Below the pieces are notes generated by a model. It was not told where the DNA came from and ran no database searches. It saw nothing but the letters and a program-made list of their open reading frames with translations. Source: a virus (Duplodnaviria > Caudoviricetes). Taken from it: a stretch of DNA of 64,000 nucleotides. Below are positions 11,345 through 20,346 of the stretch, in pieces; the first letter of the stretch is position 1; each line of letters begins with the position of its first letter. The stretch covers positions 37,133-101,132 of the IMG/VR virus record IMGVR_UViG_3300021600_000393, one strand, 5' to 3'. The translations under genes were made by a program, and so were the position numbers.

Positions 11345-12086
11345 AAAATTCAACCCCGAAGGTAATATTAATATCTACCATTTCTCCTGACGGGGTTTTA
11401 ACTTTTCGTTTAAGGTCTAAACCTGGGTTATTGTTATTTAAAAATTTTCTTATGTGTTTAGAATCCATAATTGGAAGTTTTTCAACATATGTAGAAATAA
11501 AAATATTATCTTCATTACCATTAACACTAACAATTTCTTTATTAAGTCTTAATGTAATAGACGGAACTGTTCTTCCAACTGGGTATTGATTAATTATTGA
11601 TTCTAATTCTCTTTGTTCACCATACGACATTAGTTTTAACTTAATAGTATCCCCACTTCTTGGAAGAACGGTAGTTAAATGTCCATTTTCGTCTGGAGTA
11701 ACTTCAGTTTTTTTAATGTTTAATTCATCTAAAAGAATCGAAGATTCAAATTTTTTACTTGTTTTTGTGTCGGTTATTGAAAAGAAATATTCATGTCCAA
11801 ATGAGGTGTTTCTTAAAAAAATTAATATCGCTTCAATATCACCATCTAAAAGTTCTTCAACTTTTAATTCTGGTTCATAAAGTTTACTTCTAATTAATGT
11901 TGTTATTATGTTAGCCGATGGGTTAGATAACGCTGACGCAATTATATTTTCATCTGAAGCGGTTAAATAACCAACCTTAACAACCTTTTTTTTTGATTTA
12001 TAATAAATTCCACCTGACGGTAATGTTACCAAATCGTGGGGTAAATTCATATTTTGCGTTCCCGCATTAATTAATTCTTGGTCCAT
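11328..12086 (-). CDS. Tail assembly chaperone / baseplate hub assembly protein (T4 gp26-like)
   Basis: VTLPSGG.YY, LTASDENI, GDIEAILIFLR..SFG, LP.SG..IKLK repeat and C-terminal EFF; lies between tube and tape measure genes. Confidence 0.75.
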   Translation of the reverse strand: MDQELINAGTQNMNLPHDLVTLPSGGIYYKSKKKVVKVGYLTASDENIIASALSNPSANIITTLIRSKLYEPELKVEELLDGDIEAILIFLRNTSFGHEYFFSITDTKTSKKFESSILLDELNIKKTEVTPDENGHLTTVLPRSGDTIKLKLMSYGEQRELESIINQYPVGRTVPSITLRLNKEIVSVNGNEDNIFISTYVEKLPIMDSKHIRKFLNNNNPGLDLKRKVKTPSGEMVDINITFGVEFFRPFF

Positions 12087-12118
12087 CTTTTTATTTTAAA
12101 AATAAACCTTTAAATAAA

Positions 12119-12241
12119 TTAATCAATCTTTTTATTAACTTTTTTTACTTTTTTTTTATGTCTATTTTTAAATTCTTTTTCAGTTTCAAATATTTTTCCA
12201 CAATTTGTACAAGTATATCCGGTGATTATGTTGTTTTCCAT
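12119..12241 (-). CDS. 40-aa basic zinc-finger-like mini protein (not in ORF track)
   Basis: MENNIITGYTCTNCGKIFETEKEFKNRHKKKVKKVNKKID*; C-x2-C-GK-x-F...H pattern. Confidence 0.55.
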   Translation of the reverse strand: MENNIITGYTCTNCGKIFETEKEFKNRHKKKVKKVNKKID

Positions 12242-12280
12242 TTTATTTAGTTTTGTATTAGTACTTATTATTAATTTTTA

Positions 12281-12315
12281 AAAAAGAAAAACCCATATAT
12301 TTTAGTATATGGATT
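12281..12315 (-). terminator. Intrinsic terminator after the tail tube gene
   Basis: Minus strand ATCCATATAC-TAAA-ATATATGGGT followed by TTTTCTTTTT. Confidence 0.55.
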
Positions 12316-12347
12316 TAAAATTTGGATGTAAAGGATATGTAAAATAT

Positions 12348-12836
12348 TTAGTAAACTAATATACAACGGTCCATTCTTAATTCAGTAGTAATTGTTGCTA
12401 ATTTATCAGAATCATACCCAAGGGCTCCAAAATCAGCACTAGTTAAAAAACAACCTTCTAAAATCCATTTTTCAACTACAACACCTGTTGGGTCCAACAT
12501 TTCAAGGTCAACATTTTTTTTATATCCTGCGGCATAACCCATACGACCTGTAACGGATTCTGCACATAATCTAACCCATTCCATTAATGCTTGAGACGCT
12601 GAAGGACCTATAGGGTCTCTAAACGTAACCGAAATTGGTGACCATTCAAATCTACCAGCAACATAAGTTGATGTGTTTAAAAAAGGAATTGGGGTTGAGT
12701 TAATTTTTATGCTAGGTCTTTTTGCGGCTTCAACAAACCATTCGTTTATACCTAACGTTGAAGGAAAACGCATAATAAACCTGTTAGCTCTTTTTGGTTC
12801 ATACGGTATGGGCATTTTCATTAATAAATCGGCCAT
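12348..12836 (-). CDS. Tail tube protein (T4 gp19-like)
   Basis: YEPKRANRF, YVAGRFEWSPISVTFRD, GYKKNVDLEMLDPTGVVVEKWILEGCF, LRMDRC. Confidence 0.9.
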   Translation of the reverse strand: MADLLMKMPIPYEPKRANRFIMRFPSTLGINEWFVEAAKRPSIKINSTPIPFLNTSTYVAGRFEWSPISVTFRDPIGPSASQALMEWVRLCAESVTGRMGYAAGYKKNVDLEMLDPTGVVVEKWILEGCFLTSADFGALGYDSDKLATITTELRMDRCILVY

Positions 12837-12939
12837 GTTATTTTGTTTTAATTGTTTTTATTTCTTTTATTATAAATATACGGTTATAAAATTTTTCTAT
12901 TTACTTTTGTTTTTTATTTTTTATCATAACAATATAAAA

Positions 12940-13818
12940 TTACTGCAGTTTTTTAATTCCGCCATATGTTGAATATGTTTTAAGATTATTTTTTGGATTT
13001 TTATCAAAATGTCCTTTTATTTTTTCTACATTTTTTAAATCATCATCAGAAAAACCAATCATAGGTTCTCTTTCCATAAAAGAATTATTAACTTTTGTTA
13101 TAAGTCCTCCATTTTTAATTAATTCTTTTAAATTACCAACATTATGTTTTACATATTGTAAAAATTCAGTTAAAGCTTCAATTTTACCTTGTTCTGGGGA
13201 AGACGCTTGATTTGAACCAAAACTAACTGGATAAAATTTACAAAGATTTAAATATTCATTAACTAATTGTTCTTTAGTTTCATTTTTATTAATTGGTTCG
13301 TTAGCAAGTTTTTTAAATTTTATAATGTTTTTTACCACTTCATCAGAATTAATTCCGTTATGATTTGACATTATATACATATAAACACCTTTTTTAAGAG
13401 TATTTGGGTTATGTCCTCTTGCGGTCACTATTGAAAAAATTGAAGCGTGATTAATAGCTTCTTTAAAATCTTCCCAAGCCGGACCTTCTTTAGCATTTAA
13501 AATATCTTTTAAAAACTTAGAATCCCCCTGAACTTGAAAATTTCTAAAAGAATTATCTGCAAATTCAACAATTTCTTGTCCCTCATACGTAAATGGAACT
13601 TTACCTATTTTACTTCGATATGTTGCAAAATCTTCAGTTGACATTCCAACTTCATCACCTTTTGAATTTTTTAGCATAATTTCGGTTGGCATTGTTACAA
13701 TATTATCATCCCAATCAAATGAGTAATATTTTAAACTTGGTAGTCCTTCTTTATCAAAATTTTCATCAATTAAAAATTTAAAATTTTGATATTGTTTATT
13801 TGTTAATTTAAAGTTCAT
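12940..13818 (-). CDS. HAD-superfamily phosphatase-like protein
   Basis: Motif I FDWDDNI, motif II VTARGH, Lys of motif III (GKIEAL), motif IV FSDDDLKN. Confidence 0.65.
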   Translation of the reverse strand: MNFKLTNKQYQNFKFLIDENFDKEGLPSLKYYSFDWDDNIVTMPTEIMLKNSKGDEVGMSTEDFATYRSKIGKVPFTYEGQEIVEFADNSFRNFQVQGDSKFLKDILNAKEGPAWEDFKEAINHASIFSIVTARGHNPNTLKKGVYMYIMSNHNGINSDEVVKNIIKFKKLANEPINKNETKEQLVNEYLNLCKFYPVSFGSNQASSPEQGKIEALTEFLQYVKHNVGNLKELIKNGGLITKVNNSFMEREPMIGFSDDDLKNVEKIKGHFDKNPKNNLKTYSTYGGIKKLQ

Positions 13819-13830
13819 AATGGCTAATTA

Positions 13831-13863
13831 AAAAACAAGTTGACATTACATCAACTTGTTTTT
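13831..13863. terminator. Perfect 13-bp inverted repeat, terminator after the sheath gene
   Basis: AAAAACAAGTTGA-CATTACA-TCAACTTGTTTTT. Confidence 0.75.
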
Positions 13864-13872
13864 AATAAAAAT

Positions 13873-16800
13873 TTATATATTCTCAAACGATGCTCCAGTT
13901 GGAGTAATGTAAAAGGTTATGTCAATAAATTCAAGTGACTTAGTTGGTTTGATATAAATCTTACCAGTCAATTGATTTCTATCTAAATCAGCTGCGTCTG
14001 AAGAAACTGTTACACGAAAATCGTATAAACCTCTATCTCTTCTAATCGCGTCTAAAATTGGATTAACCGCGTCTAAGAAATCTTGTCTTACTTTAGCGTC
14101 ATTTTGTTCAAATAATAATCTAACAGAAACTGCTGATATTAATTTACGAGCTTGTAATAACAATCTTCTTACGTTTATTCTATCAAGTGCGGATTCTCTA
14201 ATTTGTAAAGTTTTATTTCCCCAAATAACAGTTCCAACATCAGAAAAAGTTGCAATTGGATTGATTCTACCTTTATATAAAGTATCTCTATCCTCTTGTG
14301 TTAATTTTTTTCTTGCTTTGATAGCGTTTACTAAACCACGTGTATAACCAGCCGCTGCGAACCAAGGGAACGCAATGTTATCGGTTAACGCTAAGTTTCT
14401 TGTAACCTCAGCGGTAGGTGGTAGGTAAATTTGAGTGTTATTAACACTATCTCTAGTTAAAACCCAAGGGTAATAAGTTGCGGTGTAGTTAGAGTCAATT
14501 CCAGTACCTTCTAAATTATCAACCGATTCTTGTGGGTAAATAATATCAGTTGGTTCTCCAACTGTAGGACTAAATAAATTATAATCTGGTGTTGTACAAA
14601 TATATAATGAATCAGCTCTATCAAATTCAATCATTTGAATTGCTCCTTCAACTAAATCAGAATTATTTAAATAATCAATACCAGGAGTCACAAATAAATT
14701 AATATTAACCGCCTCAGGATTAGAAAATGTATTAATACCTAAAAGATAAGCATAATAGTCAGAATTACCATATTCAATTGTGTTGTCACCAACAGTAATT
14801 TGTTTAAACGCTCCCCAACCTGTTGCTGTAGGATATTTAATTGACGGACAAGCTCCTTTTAAATAACCACCTCGACCTAAAACAAATCTATCAGCGTTAG
14901 TTCTATATTCTCTGTAAATATCCCAACCGTCAAAACCTCCTATACAAAGTAAAGTAAATTTACGAGAAAATAATCTATAATATTGGTTTGACTCATTTAC
15001 AGGGTCTGTTGTAAAAGATGATGCTCCAACAAAAAACAAAGGAGTTCCACTTGTAGTGTAATTACTAGATATTGTTAATGCACTTGCGTTAACATCCATA
15101 TGATAACCTCTTGTTTTATACGCCCAATCGTCACCAGTGCTATCTGAACAAACACTAAGAGGTAATTGTTTACCTTTGTATTGTAAGAAATCAGTATCAA
15201 CTCCAACTGAATCAGATATACCTAAATAAGTTCTTCTTACTTTATCACCGTTACTTCTGATTGCGTCATCAGCTCCTGATGCCAAACCAAATGGTGGATT
15301 GTAAACTACTTCCCCAGGAAAATCGTACTTTGTTTTATAAACTGGGAATGGAGGTCTTACACCAGCATATTCTCTATATTGGAAACCTTCAAATCCACAA
15401 GGTAACGCGTCAACCGGAGCGTCATCATTCATTTCAACCATTACTAATTTAGAATTTAATGTGTATTCTCCGTTTTTAGTTCCTATTTTTTTCCCAATAA
15501 ATCCATTATCATTAGGGTTCATATTACAATTTGTAAATTTTTCTAACACAACTGGTGCTTCGTCACTATCAAAGAAATCTCTAATTAATACGTCAAAATT
15601 ACCATTACCAAATGATATATTTGCAATTGAAATTTTAATTTCAGTGTTAGCAGCGTCACCATCAGCAATTGTTGTAAATTTAAATAAATTAGAAACTTTA
15701 TTTCCTCTTAATTCAGAAACTACCCAAGGTGATGTTGGTGATTGATATTGTTCTAAATACCAACCAATACTTGTTGGGTCTGAACCTTGTCTTGCATCTG
15801 GTAAATAAGTTAAGTTAGAACTTACACCTCTAATATATCCTTTTCTATAACCATATGTTAATAATGCCCCAAATTGTTCTTCAACAAATAAAGGTACCGT
15901 AGTCCTCGGTTTTGAAAAATTAGACGCTCCAAAAACTTTTGATACATAATTAACATCAGAAATTTGAAAAGAAGTTTCAAAAAATAAATTATTACCGTCT
16001 TTATCAGTAATATTAACACCAAAAGTTGAAAAAGGATTTTTAGATGCTCCAGAATAAGAACTTGAAAAATCTAAAGTCATTCCAGTTTGTCCGGTAACTT
16101 GATATACTGCCCCAGTATCGGTAGAGTAAGTCGCTAACCCTCTTGACCTCATTGTTGCAATAACTAAATCATCATAATTTAAGTAAGGTGTTCCTGAATA
16201 AATGTATAATGTTCCATTAACAGTTCCACTAAAGTTAGTAATTATAATTCCGTTATTATTATTTCCAGTATTACCTGTCACACAAGGATTACAAGGGTCA
16301 CTAATTTCAACATTTACTGTCCAACTTTCAGTTACCGTAGTATCTTCTGACACTAAAACGTATGTTTTTGTTAAACCGGTAAAATTAACGGTACTTCCGG
16401 TAGAGTATTGTGTTACAGAATTAAGAGTTACCCCTGTTGTACAAGCACTAAATGTAACCGTTAAAGCGGATAAATCATTAATAGTTGTTGCTGAAGGAAG
16501 ACAAAATGAAATAGTATTTGTGTTGTGGTTAATATTACCACTATAAGTACTACCACTAAGAGCGGATGATGCTCCACTAACTGAAAACGAATAAAACGTA
16601 GCACAATTTGATGAAGTGGATGTTTGAGTTAAACCTGAAATATAATTATAAAACGAATAACCGCTATATGTACCATTACCATTATTATCAAATAATGCAT
16701 AATACCAAGGGTCGTTATTTGGGTCATTAAAATTAGCATTTCCTGAATTAACATAATCTAAATTAAAGACATTTGTTGACGCTGTATAACCACTTAATGA

Positions 16801-17457
16801 ATTATAATCGGTTTGAGGTATAACACCAAAATATTTTATAGAATAGTTCTCAGTATTGTTATTAGATATTACACCATAAATTTGATTTTTTAAATCTGAA
16901 CTTAATGTTGATGTTGTACCGTTAAATTGTTGATAAGTAGAATTTAAGTCTTCATTTAATAACCAAGGAAATGTTTCTGTAAAATCTACCGAAGTAACAT
17001 TATCATTATTCCCTGTAAAAGAAACTGAATAAGCGTATTCTTCATATTCAACACAACTTTCAACACAATCAACTGTTGATGAACTAAAACAGTTTTGACC
17101 AACAGTAGTTGTATCAACGTTTGCAACAGTCGTTATACTCCAAGATGGACCGGCGTCATAACCAGATAAACCCAAAACTCTCGTAACAAATAATTGGTTT
17201 GATTGTTGTAAATAAGATTTAGCTATATAAGCAGCTTCATATTTAGGGATTTGTGTGTTTATGAATTTTTCGGCGGATGTTCCACCAAAATACGTTGAAA
17301 ATTCATCAAAATTTGTGATGAAAATAGGTTCAAAAGCGGGACCTTTTAATGTCTCACCAACAATACCTAAAGTTGTAACGCCAACACTTTGCGCAACAAA
17401 ACTCAAATCAACTTCCGAGGTATATACTCCCGGGGACACGAATACTTTATTTGCCAT
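13873..17457 (-). CDS. Contractile tail sheath protein (T4 gp18-like) with large Ser/Thr/Gly-rich and Ig-like insertions
   Basis: N-terminal SPGVYTSEVDLS; C-terminal PWFAAAGYTRG, LYKGRINPI, IWGNKTLQ..SALDRINVRRLL, IYIKPTKSLEFI. Confidence 0.95.
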   Translation of the reverse strand: MANKVFVSPGVYTSEVDLSFVAQSVGVTTLGIVGETLKGPAFEPIFITNFDEFSTYFGGTSAEKFINTQIPKYEAAYIAKSYLQQSNQLFVTRVLGLSGYDAGPSWSITTVANVDTTTVGQNCFSSSTVDCVESCVEYEEYAYSVSFTGNNDNVTSVDFTETFPWLLNEDLNSTYQQFNGTTSTLSSDLKNQIYGVISNNNTENYSIKYFGVIPQTDYNSLSGYTASTNVFNLDYVNSGNANFNDPNNDPWYYALFDNNGNGTYSGYSFYNYISGLTQTSTSSNCATFYSFSVSGASSALSGSTYSGNINHNTNTISFCLPSATTINDLSALTVTFSACTTGVTLNSVTQYSTGSTVNFTGLTKTYVLVSEDTTVTESWTVNVEISDPCNPCVTGNTGNNNNGIIITNFSGTVNGTLYIYSGTPYLNYDDLVIATMRSRGLATYSTDTGAVYQVTGQTGMTLDFSSSYSGASKNPFSTFGVNITDKDGNNLFFETSFQISDVNYVSKVFGASNFSKPRTTVPLFVEEQFGALLTYGYRKGYIRGVSSNLTYLPDARQGSDPTSIGWYLEQYQSPTSPWVVSELRGNKVSNLFKFTTIADGDAANTEIKISIANISFGNGNFDVLIRDFFDSDEAPVVLEKFTNCNMNPNDNGFIGKKIGTKNGEYTLNSKLVMVEMNDDAPVDALPCGFEGFQYREYAGVRPPFPVYKTKYDFPGEVVYNPPFGLASGADDAIRSNGDKVRRTYLGISDSVGVDTDFLQYKGKQLPLSVCSDSTGDDWAYKTRGYHMDVNASALTISSNYTTSGTPLFFVGASSFTTDPVNESNQYYRLFSRKFTLLCIGGFDGWDIYREYRTNADRFVLGRGGYLKGACPSIKYPTATGWGAFKQITVGDNTIEYGNSDYYAYLLGINTFSNPEAVNINLFVTPGIDYLNNSDLVEGAIQMIEFDRADSLYICTTPDYNLFSPTVGEPTDIIYPQESVDNLEGTGIDSNYTATYYPWVLTRDSVNNTQIYLPPTAEVTRNLALTDNIAFPWFAAAGYTRGLVNAIKARKKLTQEDRDTLYKGRINPIATFSDVGTVIWGNKTLQIRESALDRINVRRLLLQARKLISAVSVRLLFEQNDAKVRQDFLDAVNPILDAIRRDRGLYDFRVTVSSDAADLDRNQLTGKIYIKPTKSLEFIDITFYITPTGASFENI

Positions 17458-17519
17458 TATTAATTTTTTTTAATTAGTTATTTATTTTCTAATAAATATT
17501 TCATTAAATAGCAAAAAAC

Positions 17520-17572
17520 TTGACTTTATGATAAGTATTAATAAATTAGGTAGACTTTTTTCTGCCTTTTTT
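17520..17572 (+). promoter_or_regulatory. Putative sigma70-like promoter followed by a hairpin/operator upstream of the RHH gene
   Basis: TTGACT-N16-TAAATT, then AGGTAGA-CTTTTT-TCTGCCT and a T run. Confidence 0.35.
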
Positions 17573-17580
17573 ATCTTACC

Positions 17581-17748
17581 TTGCAAAACGAGTCAAAAAT
17601 AAAGAATTTAAAAATTTCAAAAGACGCTCATGAAATTTTAAAAACCTATTGCAACAAAAAAGGAATTAAAATTTATAGATTTATTGAAAAATTAATTTTA
17701 GAAAAATGTAAAAATAAAAAAGATATTTATGGGGATAATTTAGATTAA
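17581..17748 (+). CDS. Ribbon-helix-helix-like DNA-binding protein (55 aa, TTG start; not in ORF track)
   Basis: MQNESKIKNLKISKDAHEILKTYCNKKGIKIYRFIEKLILEKC...; beta strand KNLKI followed by helix-G-helix. Confidence 0.65.
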   Translation: MQNESKIKNLKISKDAHEILKTYCNKKGIKIYRFIEKLILEKCKNKKDIYGDNLD

Positions 17749-18777
17749 AGAATTTTCGTATAAAATTTTAGATTCTAAACTACCATTTGTTTTTATAATA
17801 ACAATTCTTAAAGTGTCTTTATTATTTATTTGTATCTCAGTTAAATCGGACCCATAATAATTATTGTTAATATACACATCAAAACTACTAATATTAATTT
17901 TTGATTTTATTAGAATATTTGTATTGTAATCATAAACTTGAGTTATAGTACTATTACCAATAATAAACAATATTTCTTTTGGTCCTATTATCACATCTTC
18001 TTTGTCTTTTTTACGATTAATAATTTTTCGATTATCTAACTCAAGTACTTTAAGAATTCTAGTGATTGCCGGGGAAACCTCAAATTCGTTTTCGTCTATT
18101 AAAAACCCCAACATTGTGAATTCATAACTTTGAATATAATACTTTCTTTTTTCAAGACCAGATTCAGACTCATCTGTTATGTTCCCCATAACAATTGGAA
18201 TATAATGTCCTTTAATTTCAGCGTAGGCTTGTCTTGACGAAAACTTTTCTAAAACATTCTTATTAAAAGAATTAATTTCTCTCATTCTATTACATATTAT
18301 TTTAACAGAATAAGTTATATCGACAGGAACTGGTTGTGGTATTTTATATACGTCCATACCATTTCGTGTACCATCCCAAGTAGGAACCTGAGCGTAAAAA
18401 AATTGTTTTCGATTGGGTATTGTGTAAAGTAGAGATGGATTTGTTCCGTATTTAACTTCAGGTATTCTAACTATAGTTATAAAAGGAGGTTCAACATTTT
18501 TATCAATATTTTGTAAATCCCAAGTTTCGGTAAATTGAACCCAATTTTGAGTTGTTATTAAGATATCAACCGTTGGAATAATTTTACCGTTAACAATTGT
18601 TTTAAGTTCGTTTTTTACAAAAGATAAAAACCCCCCATCTAAATCCGCATGTAATAAAGATTTTGGAAGGTAAGTTCCATCCATATTAATTTTTTCAACT
18701 AATTCTTCTCGTCTAGAAAATAACGTTCTTTGATTAGTTAAAGGTATATTTTTTTTTATTTTACTTGGTAACGCCAT
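17740..18777 (-). CDS. Tail terminator/completion protein (T4 gp15-like)
   Basis: PQPVPVDITYSVKIICNRMREIN motif; upstream of the sheath gene. Confidence 0.6.
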   Translation of the reverse strand: MALPSKIKKNIPLTNQRTLFSRREELVEKINMDGTYLPKSLLHADLDGGFLSFVKNELKTIVNGKIIPTVDILITTQNWVQFTETWDLQNIDKNVEPPFITIVRIPEVKYGTNPSLLYTIPNRKQFFYAQVPTWDGTRNGMDVYKIPQPVPVDITYSVKIICNRMREINSFNKNVLEKFSSRQAYAEIKGHYIPIVMGNITDESESGLEKRKYYIQSYEFTMLGFLIDENEFEVSPAITRILKVLELDNRKIINRKKDKEDVIIGPKEILFIIGNSTITQVYDYNTNILIKSKINISSFDVYINNNYYGSDLTEIQINNKDTLRIVIIKTNGSLESKILYENSLI

Positions 18778-19379
18778 TACATATCTTTTTTAACCCAATT
18801 ATAAAATAATTCAGATATTTCTTTTGGGTTTGTTATATTTTCATTTTTTAACATCATTCTAACTTGACTAATTAACCCAACAAAATGTTCTGGTGGTACA
18901 TTTTTATAAAAACCCTCAAAATTTGCTTCGTTTGGTTTAATTATTCCAAATTTAACAAATTCTCTTAATTTTCTTTTTGCAAATTCATCGGCAACGGTTT
19001 CTATTTTTTTCATAAAAATTGCGGCTTCAATCAAACTAATATTACCTAAATAGCACTCATACATTTTTTCAGCACCGTATTTTTTAAATTGATATTGATG
19101 AGCGATTTCGTGAAATAATATAAATAAAAAATTTGGTAAACTATTGTTAAATATCGTTGAATTTAATATTACCCTATCATCTAAAGAAACTCCCATCCCC
19201 ATTTTTAATGGTTCAACTGTTATCTTTTGACATTCAGAATTTTCTATAAATTTATTTATTTTTTCAATTTGGGTATCATCAATATTAAAATTATCTTTAA
19301 TTTGTGACAAAAAAATGTCAATACCTAAAGTTTCTTCGGTAATTAAATTATATTGTATTTTATTAATTTTATATCTCAT
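18777..19379 (-). CDS. Zn metallopeptidase, ImmA/IrrE (M78)-like
   Basis: LFHEIAHQYQ (HExxH) and downstream ETVADEFA. Confidence 0.65.
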   Translation of the reverse strand: MRYKINKIQYNLITEETLGIDIFLSQIKDNFNIDDTQIEKINKFIENSECQKITVEPLKMGMGVSLDDRVILNSTIFNNSLPNFLFILFHEIAHQYQFKKYGAEKMYECYLGNISLIEAAIFMKKIETVADEFAKRKLREFVKFGIIKPNEANFEGFYKNVPPEHFVGLISQVRMMLKNENITNPKEISELFYNWVKKDM

Positions 19380-19795
19380 AAAAATCTATATTCAAATTCA
19401 TTATAAGTTACCGTCTTAACAGGTAAATTAAAATAAAATTTAAACCATTCTTTCATTGGTTCCTTCCAATGATGACTAAACACAGAATTTAAATGTTCAG
19501 CGTATTTACCTTGAACTTCTAAAATTGGTGATTTATCTCTAAATGGTTTATGTGATTCGTCATTTTTATTGTAGTAATCAACATCAAAATAATAAAAAAT
19601 AACATCTGAATCTTCATCGCCTTCCCAATCTCCATTGTAAAATATTAAAAAATTTTCGGTTTCTTCTGGTTCATTATATTCATTTTCAGCATCAACAGCA
19701 CCATATGTCCAATTAATTTTATTACCCTCAAGATAATCATCGATATATTTACTGATTACATCGTGTAATTTATTTTCACTTATAATTGTTTTCAT
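19376..19795 (-). CDS. Acidic hypothetical protein
   Basis: ORF overlaps neighbours at start/stop codons. Confidence 0.6.
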   Translation of the reverse strand: MKTIISENKLHDVISKYIDDYLEGNKINWTYGAVDAENEYNEPEETENFLIFYNGDWEGDEDSDVIFYYFDVDYYNKNDESHKPFRDKSPILEVQGKYAEHLNSVFSHHWKEPMKEWFKFYFNLPVKTVTYNEFEYRFL

Positions 19796-20307
19796 TATAA
19801 TCCTCTAAATTCATTATCAACAACTGCTGACGCAGTTATTGTCCTATAAAATGGTTTGTATCCCGCATAATTATGTTTATTGTCAGATATTACTCTACCG
19901 TCATTATTAACCGTATAGTATCTTACGCGGTCTTCAGTTTCATAATAACCAATATAATCACCATAACTAATATCTATATTTAATTCATCAAGTTGTTTTT
20001 GATACACAGAAACAGTTAAATTTCCAGGTTCAAGTTGTTCTATTTTTGAAGTGCCGTAAGTTTTATTTTCTGGGGCCACTATTTTAACATACCCCTTAAA
20101 TTCAACCGGAGGTAAAAATTTAATTCCATCGGAAACGGATTCGCCGTAAACATTATCTGTTTTAGTTTTCATTCGGTCAATCCTATATAAAACCAATGTA
20201 AAATTTAAATCACCATAAAGCCACTCAGAACCTACTGACGTGTCTAAATCAAAATCTTCTTGTGAAAAAAATTTACCTAACCTTGTTATTGGTACTTTGT
20301 TAACCAT
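19795..20307 (-). CDS. Neck/head-closure protein (T4 gp14-like)
   Basis: LYRID..KT.TDNVYGE, L...GD.I.Y pattern; first gene of a late operon. Confidence 0.6.
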   Translation of the reverse strand: MVNKVPITRLGKFFSQEDFDLDTSVGSEWLYGDLNFTLVLYRIDRMKTKTDNVYGESVSDGIKFLPPVEFKGYVKIVAPENKTYGTSKIEQLEPGNLTVSVYQKQLDELNIDISYGDYIGYYETEDRVRYYTVNNDGRVISDNKHNYAGYKPFYRTITASAVVDNEFRGL

Positions 20308-20346
20308 TATTGATAAATATTAGAATAAGCCTTATTTTTCATTTAA

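Noticed and set aside
3888-20307. Tailocin or extracellular contractile injection system
   Set aside because: Neck proteins, DNA polymerase, helicase and sigma factor indicate a complete phage
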